Positions 53,920 to 64,000 of a DNA stretch of 64,000 nt are shown one piece after another. The notes beneath the pieces were generated by a model. It did no database searches, was not told where the DNA came from, and saw only the letters and a list, made by a program, of their open reading frames with translations. A program made the position numbers and the translations under genes. Position 1 is the stretch's first letter, and each line of letters begins with the position of its first letter. The DNA is from Eledone cirrhosa (Eukaryota): the NCBI GenBank assembly GCA_964016885.1, contig OZ024744.1:107818001-107882000 (forward strand). Direction: 5' to 3'.

Positions 53920-56900
53920 ATCATCATCATCATCATTTTTACATCCGTTTTTTTCCATACTTGCATGGGTTTGACGGGTCCTTCACAGTACGGTATCTCT
54001 TCACTTGTTGCATTCGTTTGTCATCTATCTCCTCAGTCAGTCTCAGTGAATTGAGATCAGCTCTCACCATCTCTGCCCAGGTCTTTCTTGGTCAACCTCT
54101 ACTGTGGCTTCCTTCCACTGGCATTTGCTGGCACTTCTTCACCCAGCAATCATCATCAATGTGCATCACATGTCCATACCAACGCAGTCTTCTCTCCTAC
54201 AAACCACCTCAGATTCCTCTTAAACCCAGCTTCTCCCTCAGTTCATCCAAGCTCTGCCATTCTCTCACATTTACATTGCACATCCAACGAAGCATGGTTG
54301 TTTCATTTCTATTCAGTCTACACACATCCTTGCCCATGTTTTATTACCATGCAGCATTGCCCACTGCCCACAGACCTCATACAGCTGTCCTTTTGTACAT
54401 AGGGAGAAAGCTTTTGTTGTCAACAGTGGTAGTAGTTCTCTAAACTTCTTCCATCCTATCCTTATTCTAGCTATTATACTCTCAGTACACCCACCTCCAC
54501 TGCTAATTAAGTCACCTAGATACCACAAGCTATCAACCACATCTATAGATCCTTCCTGTGACTGAAAAGGTTTATATCATTAGCAGTCTTCCTCTCGATT
54601 ACTCATGTGCATCTTCTACCTGCAAAGTTCTCCCTTCCTTTTAGTCTACTTGTTATCCCACTACATCTCTCTTGTGTACCCAAGAATTACATTGTGTACA
54701 TTGTATGGAGTTCATGTCTACTCCTTTTCTACACATGGAGCAGGGTCACTTCCCTGAAGGGATCAAGGTCCTATCTTCTTTACTATTCACTAACACTCTA
54801 GTTTTGACTAAGTTTACTTTCAGACCTTTTGATTCCAAATTCTGTTTCCATAATTGGAATTTATTTTCTAGCTCTTTTTTTTTTATTTCAGCTGAGGTAC
54901 AAATCATCAGGATAGAGAAGTTCCCATGGGTAGCCAGTTTTAAACTCCTCTGTTATAGCCTGAAGAACTATGATGAATAGTAGTAGGTTAAGAACCAAAC
55001 CCTGTACCTTGAATCCCTCACTAAACTCACTTCCTACTCTGATTTTATTGACAGCTCCTCTGTACATGACTTGCACAGCTCTCACCAACCATTCTTCTAT
55101 GCCTAATTTCTTTAAGTACCACCAGATAATAGATTGAGGTATTCTGTCAAAGGCTTTCTCTAGATCAACAAAAGCTAAATATAGTGACTTATTCTTGGCT
55201 AGGAACTTCTCTTGTAGTTGTCTCACTAAGAAGAGAGCATCTGTAGTACTTTTCCCAGGTAGGAAACCAAATTACATCTCATCTAATTTGACTCTTTCCC
55301 TAATCAGCTGCACTATAACTCTTGGTTATATAACTTGGTCCATTAGTTTTATTCCTCTGTAATTACTCCTTTCTAGGGCATCACCTTTGCCCTTGTAGCA
55401 ATTTATGATTGAACTACTGTACCAGTCATTAGGTATGACACTGTCATGTATTACCTGATTGGCTATGTAGGTGACAACTGTACTGTTGTACCAATCATTG
55501 GGTATGACACCACCCTGTATTACCTGATTGACTATGTAGGTGACAATTGTACTGATGTACCAGTCATTAGATATGACACCATCCTGTATTACCTGATTGA
55601 CTATGTAGGTGACAATTGTACTGCTGTACCAGTCATTAGATATGACACCATCCTGTATTACCTGATTGACTATGTAGGTGACAATTGTACTGCTGTACCA
55701 GTCATTGGGTATGACACCACCCTGTATTACCTGATTGACTATGTAGGTGACAACTGTACTGTTGTACCAGTCATTAGGTATGAAACCACCCTGTATTACC
55801 TGATTGACTATGTAGGTGACAACTGTACTGTTGTACCAGTCATTAAGTATGAAACCACCCTGTATTACCTGATTGACTATGTAGGTGACAATTGTACTGA
55901 TGTACCAGTCATTAGATATGGCACCATCCTGTATTACCTGATTGACTATGTAGGTGACAATTGTACTGCTGTACCAGTCATTAGATATGACACCATCCTA
56001 TATTACCTGATTGACTATACAGGTTACTAGTTTGACTCCTACTTCTCTCAATGCTTTTATCATCTCAACAACTATCTCTGATGATCCTGCTGATTTACCA
56101 TCCTTCATCTCTTTAATTGCTTCTTTGACCTTAAAACTGTCAAATTCAATAGCTGGTCCTTCTGTTGGGTAAGCTGGGGGTAGCCTCTCTCTCACCCATT
56201 TATTCTCTACATTCATCAATCTCTCATAATAACATTTCCAGGCCTCTTTCTTTTGAGCAACAGTGATGCTAAATGCACGAGTGTCATTTCTAACACATTT
56301 TTTTTCACCAGCAACAACTTGATTTACACTGACACTGGCGTGCAATACAGAACACTTCACACCTCTCATCCCCACGCCCCAAGACATTGGCAAACTATCT
56401 TTCTTCAGCCTCTCTCCAAGCTGTGTATACCTGTCACCTAGCTTCTCTCTTAGCTACCTGGTACTGGCCTCTGCTACTCCCATTTTTTCAGTCTTTCCAT
56501 GCCCGTCTCTTGGCTTTAATGGCTCTATCTACTGTGCTGTTCCACCACCAGGTGTCACCCTCTGTCCGATGCTTTACTCCAGCTGTATGTCTCACCAGTA
56601 GTTCACAAAAGGTTGTCATGCAAGAATTTCCAGTTGTTCTTTATGTTGTATGCATCTGGCTCATCATCTTTCTCATTGTAGAGCCTTTCTAAACCTATAT
56701 TTAACTGAAAGGTCCTTTAGCTTCCATACCTTCTCCATATTTTCCTGTGTCTTGTTCTGTCTTTTGTATATTTTGATGTCACTTGTGCTGGGCAGTGTTT
56801 CTTCCCCAGAGAAGGCCTTAGTATTTATTACAGTCCATTTGTCTTGTTGTCTAACAAGTAAGTAATCAAATTGGTCTGTGTGTTCACCTGATTGATATGA

Positions 56901-57700
56901 AATCAGGTGGCTGGCTGGCTGGTTTCCTGAAATTAGTGTTGCAAATGGTTAGTTCATTTGCATCACAGACTTCATTGAATCTACCCTGGTACTGCCCCAC
57001 ATGTCTATTGAAGTCACCTGCCAGGATGATGAGGTCTCTTTCATCAGTAACTGAGGTTGTCTATAAAAGTTCCTCATAGAACCTGTCCTTTTGTTCTTTA
57101 CTTAGTCCTACCTGTGGGGCATAGGTAGATGTAATTGTCACCATTCTATTTCCTACAGATATTCTAAGCTTGATGACTCTGTCATTTACTCTAACTACTT
57201 CTATCACTCTATCTATTTCTCAGTTAGTAAGATACCTACACCTCCTACCCCATTGTCATTTTCTACCCAGTAGAGTTTATATCTATGTTGTTTTCCTGTG
57301 GTTAGTCTTACTGTGCCACCCCTCCATTTCCCCTCTTGTACACAACATACATCTACTTCTATTCTCTCTCACAGTTCCACAATTTCACCTGATCTACCTT
57401 TCAGGGTGCCAACATTGAGAGTGGTAGTTCTGAGGTTTGTACCTTGACAGTTGTTATTTCCTTTGGTAGTGGTTCTATGTACCTGGAAGAGAAAGTGATT
57501 GTGTGATTGCTTGATGGCAGTCAAGGGGTTTTCACACATGGCTACTCTAGCCACCCCACTATTGTGGTCAACACTAACATGACTAGTGTTAGCCTGGTGT
57601 TCACAACTGGTGGAAATCATATTGGTCAGCTTTTCATAGTTTTGACTAGGTTTTACTGGCTGGATGCCCTTCCTATCACCAACCACTTTATAGCATGGTC
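53920..57700 (-). mobile_element. Near full-length but decayed PHD-RT RTE LINE including the APE endonuclease
   Basis: TTLNVGTLKGRSGEIVE, STYAPQVG, ILAGDFN.HVG, ICNTNF, QFDYLLV, then RT, PHD and GAT tail. Confidence 0.9.
55418..56020. repeat. 60-bp minisatellite, about 10 copies, born inside the RTE ORF
   Basis: Unit CTGTATTACCTGATTGACTATGTAGGTGACAATTGTACTG.TGTACCAGTCATTAG.TATGACACCA.C. Confidence 0.95.
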
Positions 57701-58149
57701 AGTACTTAAGAGTTCTCTCCACCCTGTATCAGTTCTTATTTGGAGTTTCTACTCTCCTAGATGGGTAGCCTTCACTATGACTTAGGGAGTCCACGTCTGT
57801 CCCATACAGTCGTTTTACATCAGAGTTACTTCTCTCCTAGACAGGTTGCCTTCACTATGGCTTGCAGAGTCCACGTTTGCCTCGTACTGTCATTAAATGG
57901 TTTACAGTGTAGCAAATTGAATTGAGATTCATGATGTAGGAGGATATGTGTTGGTGTGTATAAGTGTGTAAGCAGAATAAAAAAGGAAGAGAGAGAGAGC
58001 AGTTAGATTAGTAAGACCATATTCAGCTAAGTACTCAATACTTGGAAAAGTAGAGTGTACGTATAGTGAATAGTTAGTGCCTGGCAGCTGAGGTCACACT
58101 GTTGAAATGGCATCAGCTCAGCCATCGGGCACTAACATTGGATATATAA

Positions 58150-58790
58150 TATATATATATCTTACTCTTAGCTAGGTACTTCTCCTTCAGTTGTCTTACA
58201 AGGAAGAGGGCATCATCTGTGGTACTTTTGCCTGCTATAAACCCAAAATGCATCTTATCTAGGTTAACTTGTTCCCTAATCAGCTGAGCTAAAACTCTTT
58301 CAGTGACCTTCATAACCTGGTCAACCAACTTAATGCCTCTATAGTTTTCTCTATCTAGGGAATCTCCTTTGCCCTTGTACCAGTTTACGATGCTGCTGCT
58401 ACACCAGTCATTGGGTATGACACCATTTTGTATTACTTGGTTTACAATGCAGGAGACTATGGTGTGGCCCACCACACCTGATGTTTTCAGCCTCTCAGCA
58501 ACTATCCCTGAGGGTCCAACTGCCTTGCCTTACTTACTATACTACCGCTAACTTGTACGGCCGGTCCCTCTGTTGGGTTGACATGTGACAAACTGTCTTT
58601 ATCCCATGCATTCTCCTCATTCAATAATCTTTCATAGTGGCACATCCATGCTACCTTCTTTTCAGCGTCAGTGATGACAAGTTCGCCGAAATCATTTCGG
58701 TCGGGGACACCCCCCCCCCCTCCCTTTGACATCACAATTATTCCTGACACACTGTCTTGCGACCCTGAACACCTCATGCTGCAAAAAGTG
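58150..58790 (-). mobile_element. Internal RTE fragment (pre-RT and RT N-terminus)
   Basis: YERLLNEENAWD, IVNQVIQNGVIPNDW, NYRGIKL, HFGF. Confidence 0.85.
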
Positions 58791-58819
58791 CTTAAATTTT
58801 TTGTTTTCTGCTTCATCAT

Positions 58820-60921
58820 ATATCATCATCATCATCAACATCATCATCGTTTAACGTCCATCTTCCACGCATGCATGGGTTTGGACGGGAGTTTTCCCAC
58901 TTGAGGCAAGAGTGGTTGTCTTGCTCGCATAGGACTGTCTGGCGGGTTTTCTACAGCTGGATGCCCTTCCTAACACCAACCACATTTACAGTGTGGGGCT
59001 GGGAGGTTTTTACCGTGTTGCCTACACGGCCACATTACAGCATGGACTGTCTGGCGGGTTTTCTACAGTTGGATGCCCTTCCTAACACCAACCACATTTA
59101 CAGTGTGGGGCTGGGAGGTTTTTACCGTGTTGCCTACACGGCCACATTACAGCATGGACTGTCTGGCGGGTTTTCTACAGTTGGATGCCCTTCCTAACAC
59201 CAACCACATTTACAGTGTGGGGCTGGGAGGTTTTTACCGTGTTGCCTACACGGCCACATTACAGCGTGGACTGTCTGGCAGGTTTTCTACAGTTGGATGC
59301 CCTTCCTAACACCAACCACATTTACAGTGTGGGGCTGGGAGGTTTTTACCGTGTTGCCTACACGGCCACATTACAGCGTGGACTGTGTGTTTTTTGTCGT
59401 GACACCTACACAACCTCATTTGTTTCGGACTGGATGTTGTGGTACCAACATAACTTTACATTGAAAGGGGTGGTGTGGATGAGGTGGGGGGTAGTGGGAC
59501 GGGGGTGTATTTTGTTAGAGGTGCCTACTGACTGTAGTAGGTTTTACTTTGTATTTAGGTAAGGCGGGTCTTCTCTAAAACTGAGTACCGCCAAAGATCT
59601 CGGTCCAGTGACATTGTCTTGGAGAGGTGTAAGTGTGTGAGGTCGGAATTTATCAAGTCGTCCCCGGTTTTTCTGGGTCTGCCTACTCCGTGGCTACCGT
59701 CTATTTTTATTGCCCTGCACTTTTTTATACAGCTGTCGTCTTTCATGCGCATCACGTGACCATACCAACGTAGTCTTCTCTCAAGTAAACAACATCTGAT
59801 CCCTCTTATTTCTAATTTTTCCCTTAGTTCGTTTATGCTTTGCCGTTCACGTATATTACTATTACACATCCAGCGGAGCATGCAAGCTTCGTTTCTCTCC
59901 AGTCTGCATATATCCTCTGCACACAATGCCCAGGTCTCACTGCCATGTAACATTGCTGTTCATATGCAGGCATCATACAGCCTGCCTTTCATTTTTAGAG
60001 AGAACCCTTTAGCGGTTAATAGTGGTATAAGCTCTCTGAACTTTTTCCATCCAATTCTGACTCTAGCTACTGTACTTTCAGAGCACCCTCCACCACTGCT
60101 GATTTTGTCACCCAAGAAACGGAAGGTGTCCACTATTTCTATAGAACCATCTGTGCAATGGAATGAGCTAGTATTCTGTGGGCACTTGCTGCTACTTATT
60201 GCACCAGAGCACTGGCCACATATAAAATCTATGTTCTTAGTTAGCTTACCTGTGATCCCACTACATCTTTTATGCACCCATACTTTGCATTCGGGACATA
60301 AAATGGAGTTTCTGCCTACTCCTTTCCTACACACTGAGCATGGCCACTTCCCGGATGGGACCGGTGCCCTATTTTCCTTCCTACAAACTAGAACTTTAGT
60401 CTTAGACAGGTTAATTTTAAGGCCTTTTGATTCTAGGCCATTCTTCCATGTTTGGAATTTCTTCTCTAGTTCAGCCATTGATTCAGCTATGAGCGTTAGA
60501 TCATCTGCGTATAGGAGTTCCCATGGGCAGCCGGTCTTGTGCTCCACTGTTATAGCCTGAAGAGCAATAATAAATAGTAGGGGGGCTAAGAACGGAGCCC
60601 TGATGAACACCAACTTTTACGCTAAACTCTTCACTATATTCGTTGTTAATTCTAACCTTGCTAACTGTTTCTTTATACATGGCTTGTATAGCTCTCACAA
60701 GCCATTCATCAACACCTAGTTTTCTAAGAGCCCACCAGATAATGGAACGGGGGACTCTGTCAAAGGCTTTTTCTAAGTCGACAAAAGCTAAGTATAGGGG
60801 TTTACTTTTAGCTAGGTACTTTTCCTGTAGTTGTCGTACAATGAAAAGAGCATCTGTGGTACTTTTACCTGACACAAACCCGAACTGCATTTCATCAATT
60901 CGCTCTCTGATTAGTTGCACT
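58820..60921 (-). mobile_element. Fairly young 5'-truncated PHD-RT RTE LINE
   Basis: Close reverse complement of 20058-21800; one frameshift near 60585 and one CGA-to-TGA stop at ~59960. Confidence 0.95.
58932..59386. repeat. 112-bp tandem repeat, 4 copies, in the RTE 3' UTR
   Basis: Units start GGACTGT at 58932, 59044, 59156, 59268, with the same 7-mer at 59380. Confidence 0.96.
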
Positions 60922-60961
60922 ATATAGGTATATATATATATATATATATATAAGTATATAT

Positions 60962-61280
60962 ATGTTGGCTGCAACTCAATTTTGAGTAACATCATCGCAT
61001 GATACTTAAACATGAGTCACAGACGTGGCATTTTAGTCCTGCAAGGAACTTGCCTATGGCCGGCAATACCATGCATCGCAAAAAGTCACATTTGAAGCGT
61101 TTTTAAGTGAGGAAAGGCTTTGCGCGAGGCCAATCCCACTCTCTGAACATTGAATGCATTTGCCCAAAAAGAAGAACTGGTCTAAATCATTGGATGCAAA
61201 CAAAGTCAGAGGTTTTATATCAGAATGACCTTCTCCTACAGAGATGTCTTAACGAAGACTAGGTGTCTCTCTCTCGACTA
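60962..61280 (-). mobile_element. 3' part of the non-autonomous family of 36984-37592
   Basis: GGCTGCAACTC.ATTTTGAGTA end, GCCAATCCCACTCTCT, CCTTCTCCTA segment. Confidence 0.55.
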
Positions 61281-61339
61281 AAAAAAACAAAAAGAAAACA
61301 TATATATATTCAAACATACATACATACAAACATACATGC

Positions 61340-61878
61340 ATGAATTGTGAATTTTTCACTTACGAAGATCAGTGGGAAGAATTGTTGCCCTGATCTGTCC
61401 GGTGGACACCCTGAAGGTGGCTGTAGAGGCCAATCCTTGAACCACAGGCTCTGCTACAGTTGAGGCGAGTATGTACTTAGTTGGTGGTTGGGTGGTGGAC
61501 AGCTCTCTTCTTTGATGTTTGTCTTCAGCTGCTGCCTTTCTACCCTCTTCAAAGCTGGCTGCAGCTATTTTGATGGTCGCTCTCCATTTCTCTCTGTCTT
61601 CTGCCAGGTGTTCCCATTCCCTGTGATCAATATTGCTTTGGACCAGCTGGCACTTGAAGGGGGCACCTTGGTTTCGCTTGCCTTGACATAGTTTGCAGTA
61701 GAAAACTGCCTTTCCCATTCTAGAGTCATTCATGTACGAGACATGACCTGCCCAGCAGAACTGTCTCAGCATCAACATGCTTTCAATGCTTGTGATACCG
61801 GCCCTCTTGAGAACTTCCTCATTTGTTACATAATCCTGCCAATGGATGCTCATGATGGAGCAAAGGCAACGCTGATTG
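61340..61878 (-). mobile_element. RTE/BovB-like LINE C-terminus (different family)
   Basis: QRCLCSIMSIHWQDYVTNEEVLKRA...WAGHVSYMNDSR...WEHLAEDREKWR. Confidence 0.85.
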
Positions 61879-62582
61879 AGGTGTAGTGAGGTAGCAGGCA
61901 GACTAACAGGAAGCGAAGACTTTGTATGTAGATGTTCAGAGGAAATTGGTAGTAAGACTCTTAGTGATATAAACATTGTTCAATACCATGTAGGATCTAT
62001 GGAAGTAGTTGATAGCTTTTGCTACCTAGGTGACCAAATTAGCTGTTGGGGTGGGTGTTCCGAGAGAATAATAACTAGAATAAGGATAAGATGGAAGAAA
62101 GCTAGAGAGCTACACCCAATGTTGACAACAAACGGTTTCTCCCAATGAATGAACAGTTGTGTGTGAAGTGCAATGCTACATGGTAGTGAAACGGGAGCTG
62201 TAAACGTATAGGAAATACAAAGGCTGGAGAGAAATGAGACAAGCATGCTTTGATGGATGTGCAATGTTAAATGTGCGAACACAAAGCATGGATGAACTGA
62301 GAAAGAAACTGGGTATAAGTGGAATGAGATATAATGTGCAGGAGAGGAGACTGTATTAGTATGGAGATGTGATGCACATGGTGATGATTGCTGGGTGAAG
62401 AAGAGCCAAGTAATCCCAGTGGAAGGAAGCTGCAGTAGAGGAAGACCACGGAAGATCTGGCCTGAAATCATTAGAGCTGATCTCATATTGTTGAAGCTCA
62501 CAGTAGAGATAACAAAGAATCACAGCATATGGAGAGGTGATGTGTTGAAAAGGACCGATCCAAGCTGGTGTAAAATGATGAC
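61878..62582 (+). mobile_element. Decayed PHD-RT RTE 3' fragment
   Basis: RCSEVAGRL..FVCRC, EVVDSFCYLGDQIS, GRPRKIW. Confidence 0.85.
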
Positions 62583-62929
62583 ATATATATATATTTGCGA
62601 AGGGCCCTATCCTGAACAAACTCACTGAATGTTGCCCAGATTGCATGAACAAAATCAATGTAACATACAGAATTTATAAACCACTTCTATATCCAGAATG
62701 CTGGGATGGATCAGCTATATATTATCTAAGTAGCCACCTTCCACTTTAACCCTTTCCCTCCATTAAAACCCATTTTACAGTATTGCTGGTTATGACTGGA
62801 AGCATTATGATAATTATTACCTATGCTACTATTATTACCATTATTATTATGATTAGCATTATTACCCTTAATTTCACCTTAATTTCACACTACAGAATTA
62901 CGATTTTCATCATTATAATTATCATTAAC

Positions 62930-63935
62930 TAACTTCTTCTTTGCCCACTTATTCCTGAAAGGGTTGTGGGGGCAGAGTCCTCAAACACACTTTCCAGTGA
63001 CTCCTGTCAAAAGCAACCCTCTCCAACTGATCCGGCTGGATCCCCAAGTAAGACCAGCTGAGTTCATGGATGTTATCCAACCATCTTGCTTGGGGGTCTA
63101 CCCCTGGGTCTCCTGTAAAATCTGTCCAGTGATCCTCTCCTGAGACATTCTAACCATATGCCAATAGTATCGGAGCTGTGATCTCTCAATTTGGAGAAGT
63201 AGCAGCTCTACCTGGAGTGACTCTCTGATCTCCAAGTTACACATGCTATCAAGTAACATTACTCCAAAGACCCTTCGGGAAAACCCCATTTCGGCCGCTT
63301 ATATTCACAATTATATTCTTTCAGTCATTACCTAAGCTTCATGACCATAGGTAAGGGTTGGCACAAATAGCAAATTGAAGATAGCAGGTTTGTCTTTTAC
63401 ACCTACCTCCCTTCTTCTGATTACTGAATGCTGAAGCTGGTGCATTACTGCATCATCTCTTGCAATTCTTGCACTTCCATCACTCGTGAACATGGCTCCG
63501 AGATACTTCAACTTCTCCACCTGCTTCAGTGGAACTCCATTCACATGTAGAGTGCACTGCACAGGCTTTCTTCAGAGGACAAGTGTCTCAGTATTTGCAG
63601 CACTGATTTTCATTCCAGCCATGCAACACTCGGCATAAAACCTATCAAGTGCAAGTCCAAGATCAACTTCTTTTGATTTAAGTAACACCATGTCATCTGC
63701 AAATTCCAGTCAACTGATTTTACACTCACCAGTCATGATACCACTTCTAACCTGGCTAGGCATGTCAATCCTGTTCATGTAAATAATGAAAAGGAGAGGT
63801 GACAGTACACACCCTTGGTGGAGTCCGACTCCCACATTGAATGGTTTTGATTTAGCCCTATTTATCTGAACACAAATACTTGGGCATTCGTATAGAGACA
63901 TCAGTGTAGCAAGGAGCTGATCATCGATCCCTTAT
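62930..63935 (-). mobile_element. RTE-clade LINE without PHD insertion (Expander/Rex3-like), decayed
   Basis: VGLHQGCVLSPLLFIIYM, FADD, LKQVEKLKYLG, PTLTYGHE, QIERSQLRY. Confidence 0.85.
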
Positions 63936-64000
63936 ATACAACTATTAATTAACTATTATATTCAATTGTTATTATTATTATATTATATTTAATGCTTTGA

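Noticed and set aside
55418-56030. Possible CRISPR array or repeat protein (194-aa + strand ORF)
   Set aside because: Contiguous 60-bp units with no unique spacers, derived from the antisense of an RTE ORF in eukaryotic DNA
58932-59386. Possible CRISPR-like repeat-spacer array
   Set aside because: Whole 112-bp unit is repeated, no variable spacers, matches LINE 3' UTR
61356-61976. 206-aa ORF as a single protein
   Set aside because: Chimera of antisense PHD-RTE sequence and a different RTE C-terminus

Overview
AT-rich, repeat-dense animal genomic DNA. The SINE/LINE/MITE repertoire and long (TA)n/(CA)n tracts look like an octopus or other coleoid cephalopod (inference). One host gene is supported: the 5' half of a domino (EP400/SRCAP, SWR1-family) chromatin remodeler on the minus strand. 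It has nine GT-AG exons between 29679 and 2529 that splice in frame and encode the EP400_N-like motif, the HSA domain and acidic repeats; the ATPase exons lie off the left edge. The promoter is probably near 49.6-50.6 kb. The rest is intron/intergenic transposon sequence: about 11 copies of an RTE-clade LINE whose reverse transcriptase carries a PHD finger inserted between RT motifs 6 and 7 (one copy has an uninterrupted 524-aa ORF), other RTE families, Penelope-like remnants, hammerhead-bearing repeats, an RLE-type LINE fragment, piggyBac/mariner/Helitron derivatives, SINEs, multi-kb compound microsatellites and a 200-N gap. Most long ORFs in the track are microsatellite artefacts. Best leads: the PHD-in-RT LINE, a ~500-bp retrozyme-like unit whose hammerhead appears broken only by CpG decay, a candidate HDV-like ribozyme at an RTE 5' end, a foldback derived from a minimal hammerhead, and a ~190-bp degenerate array next to the promoter. 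All coordinates and alignments were read by eye; no searches or folding were run.
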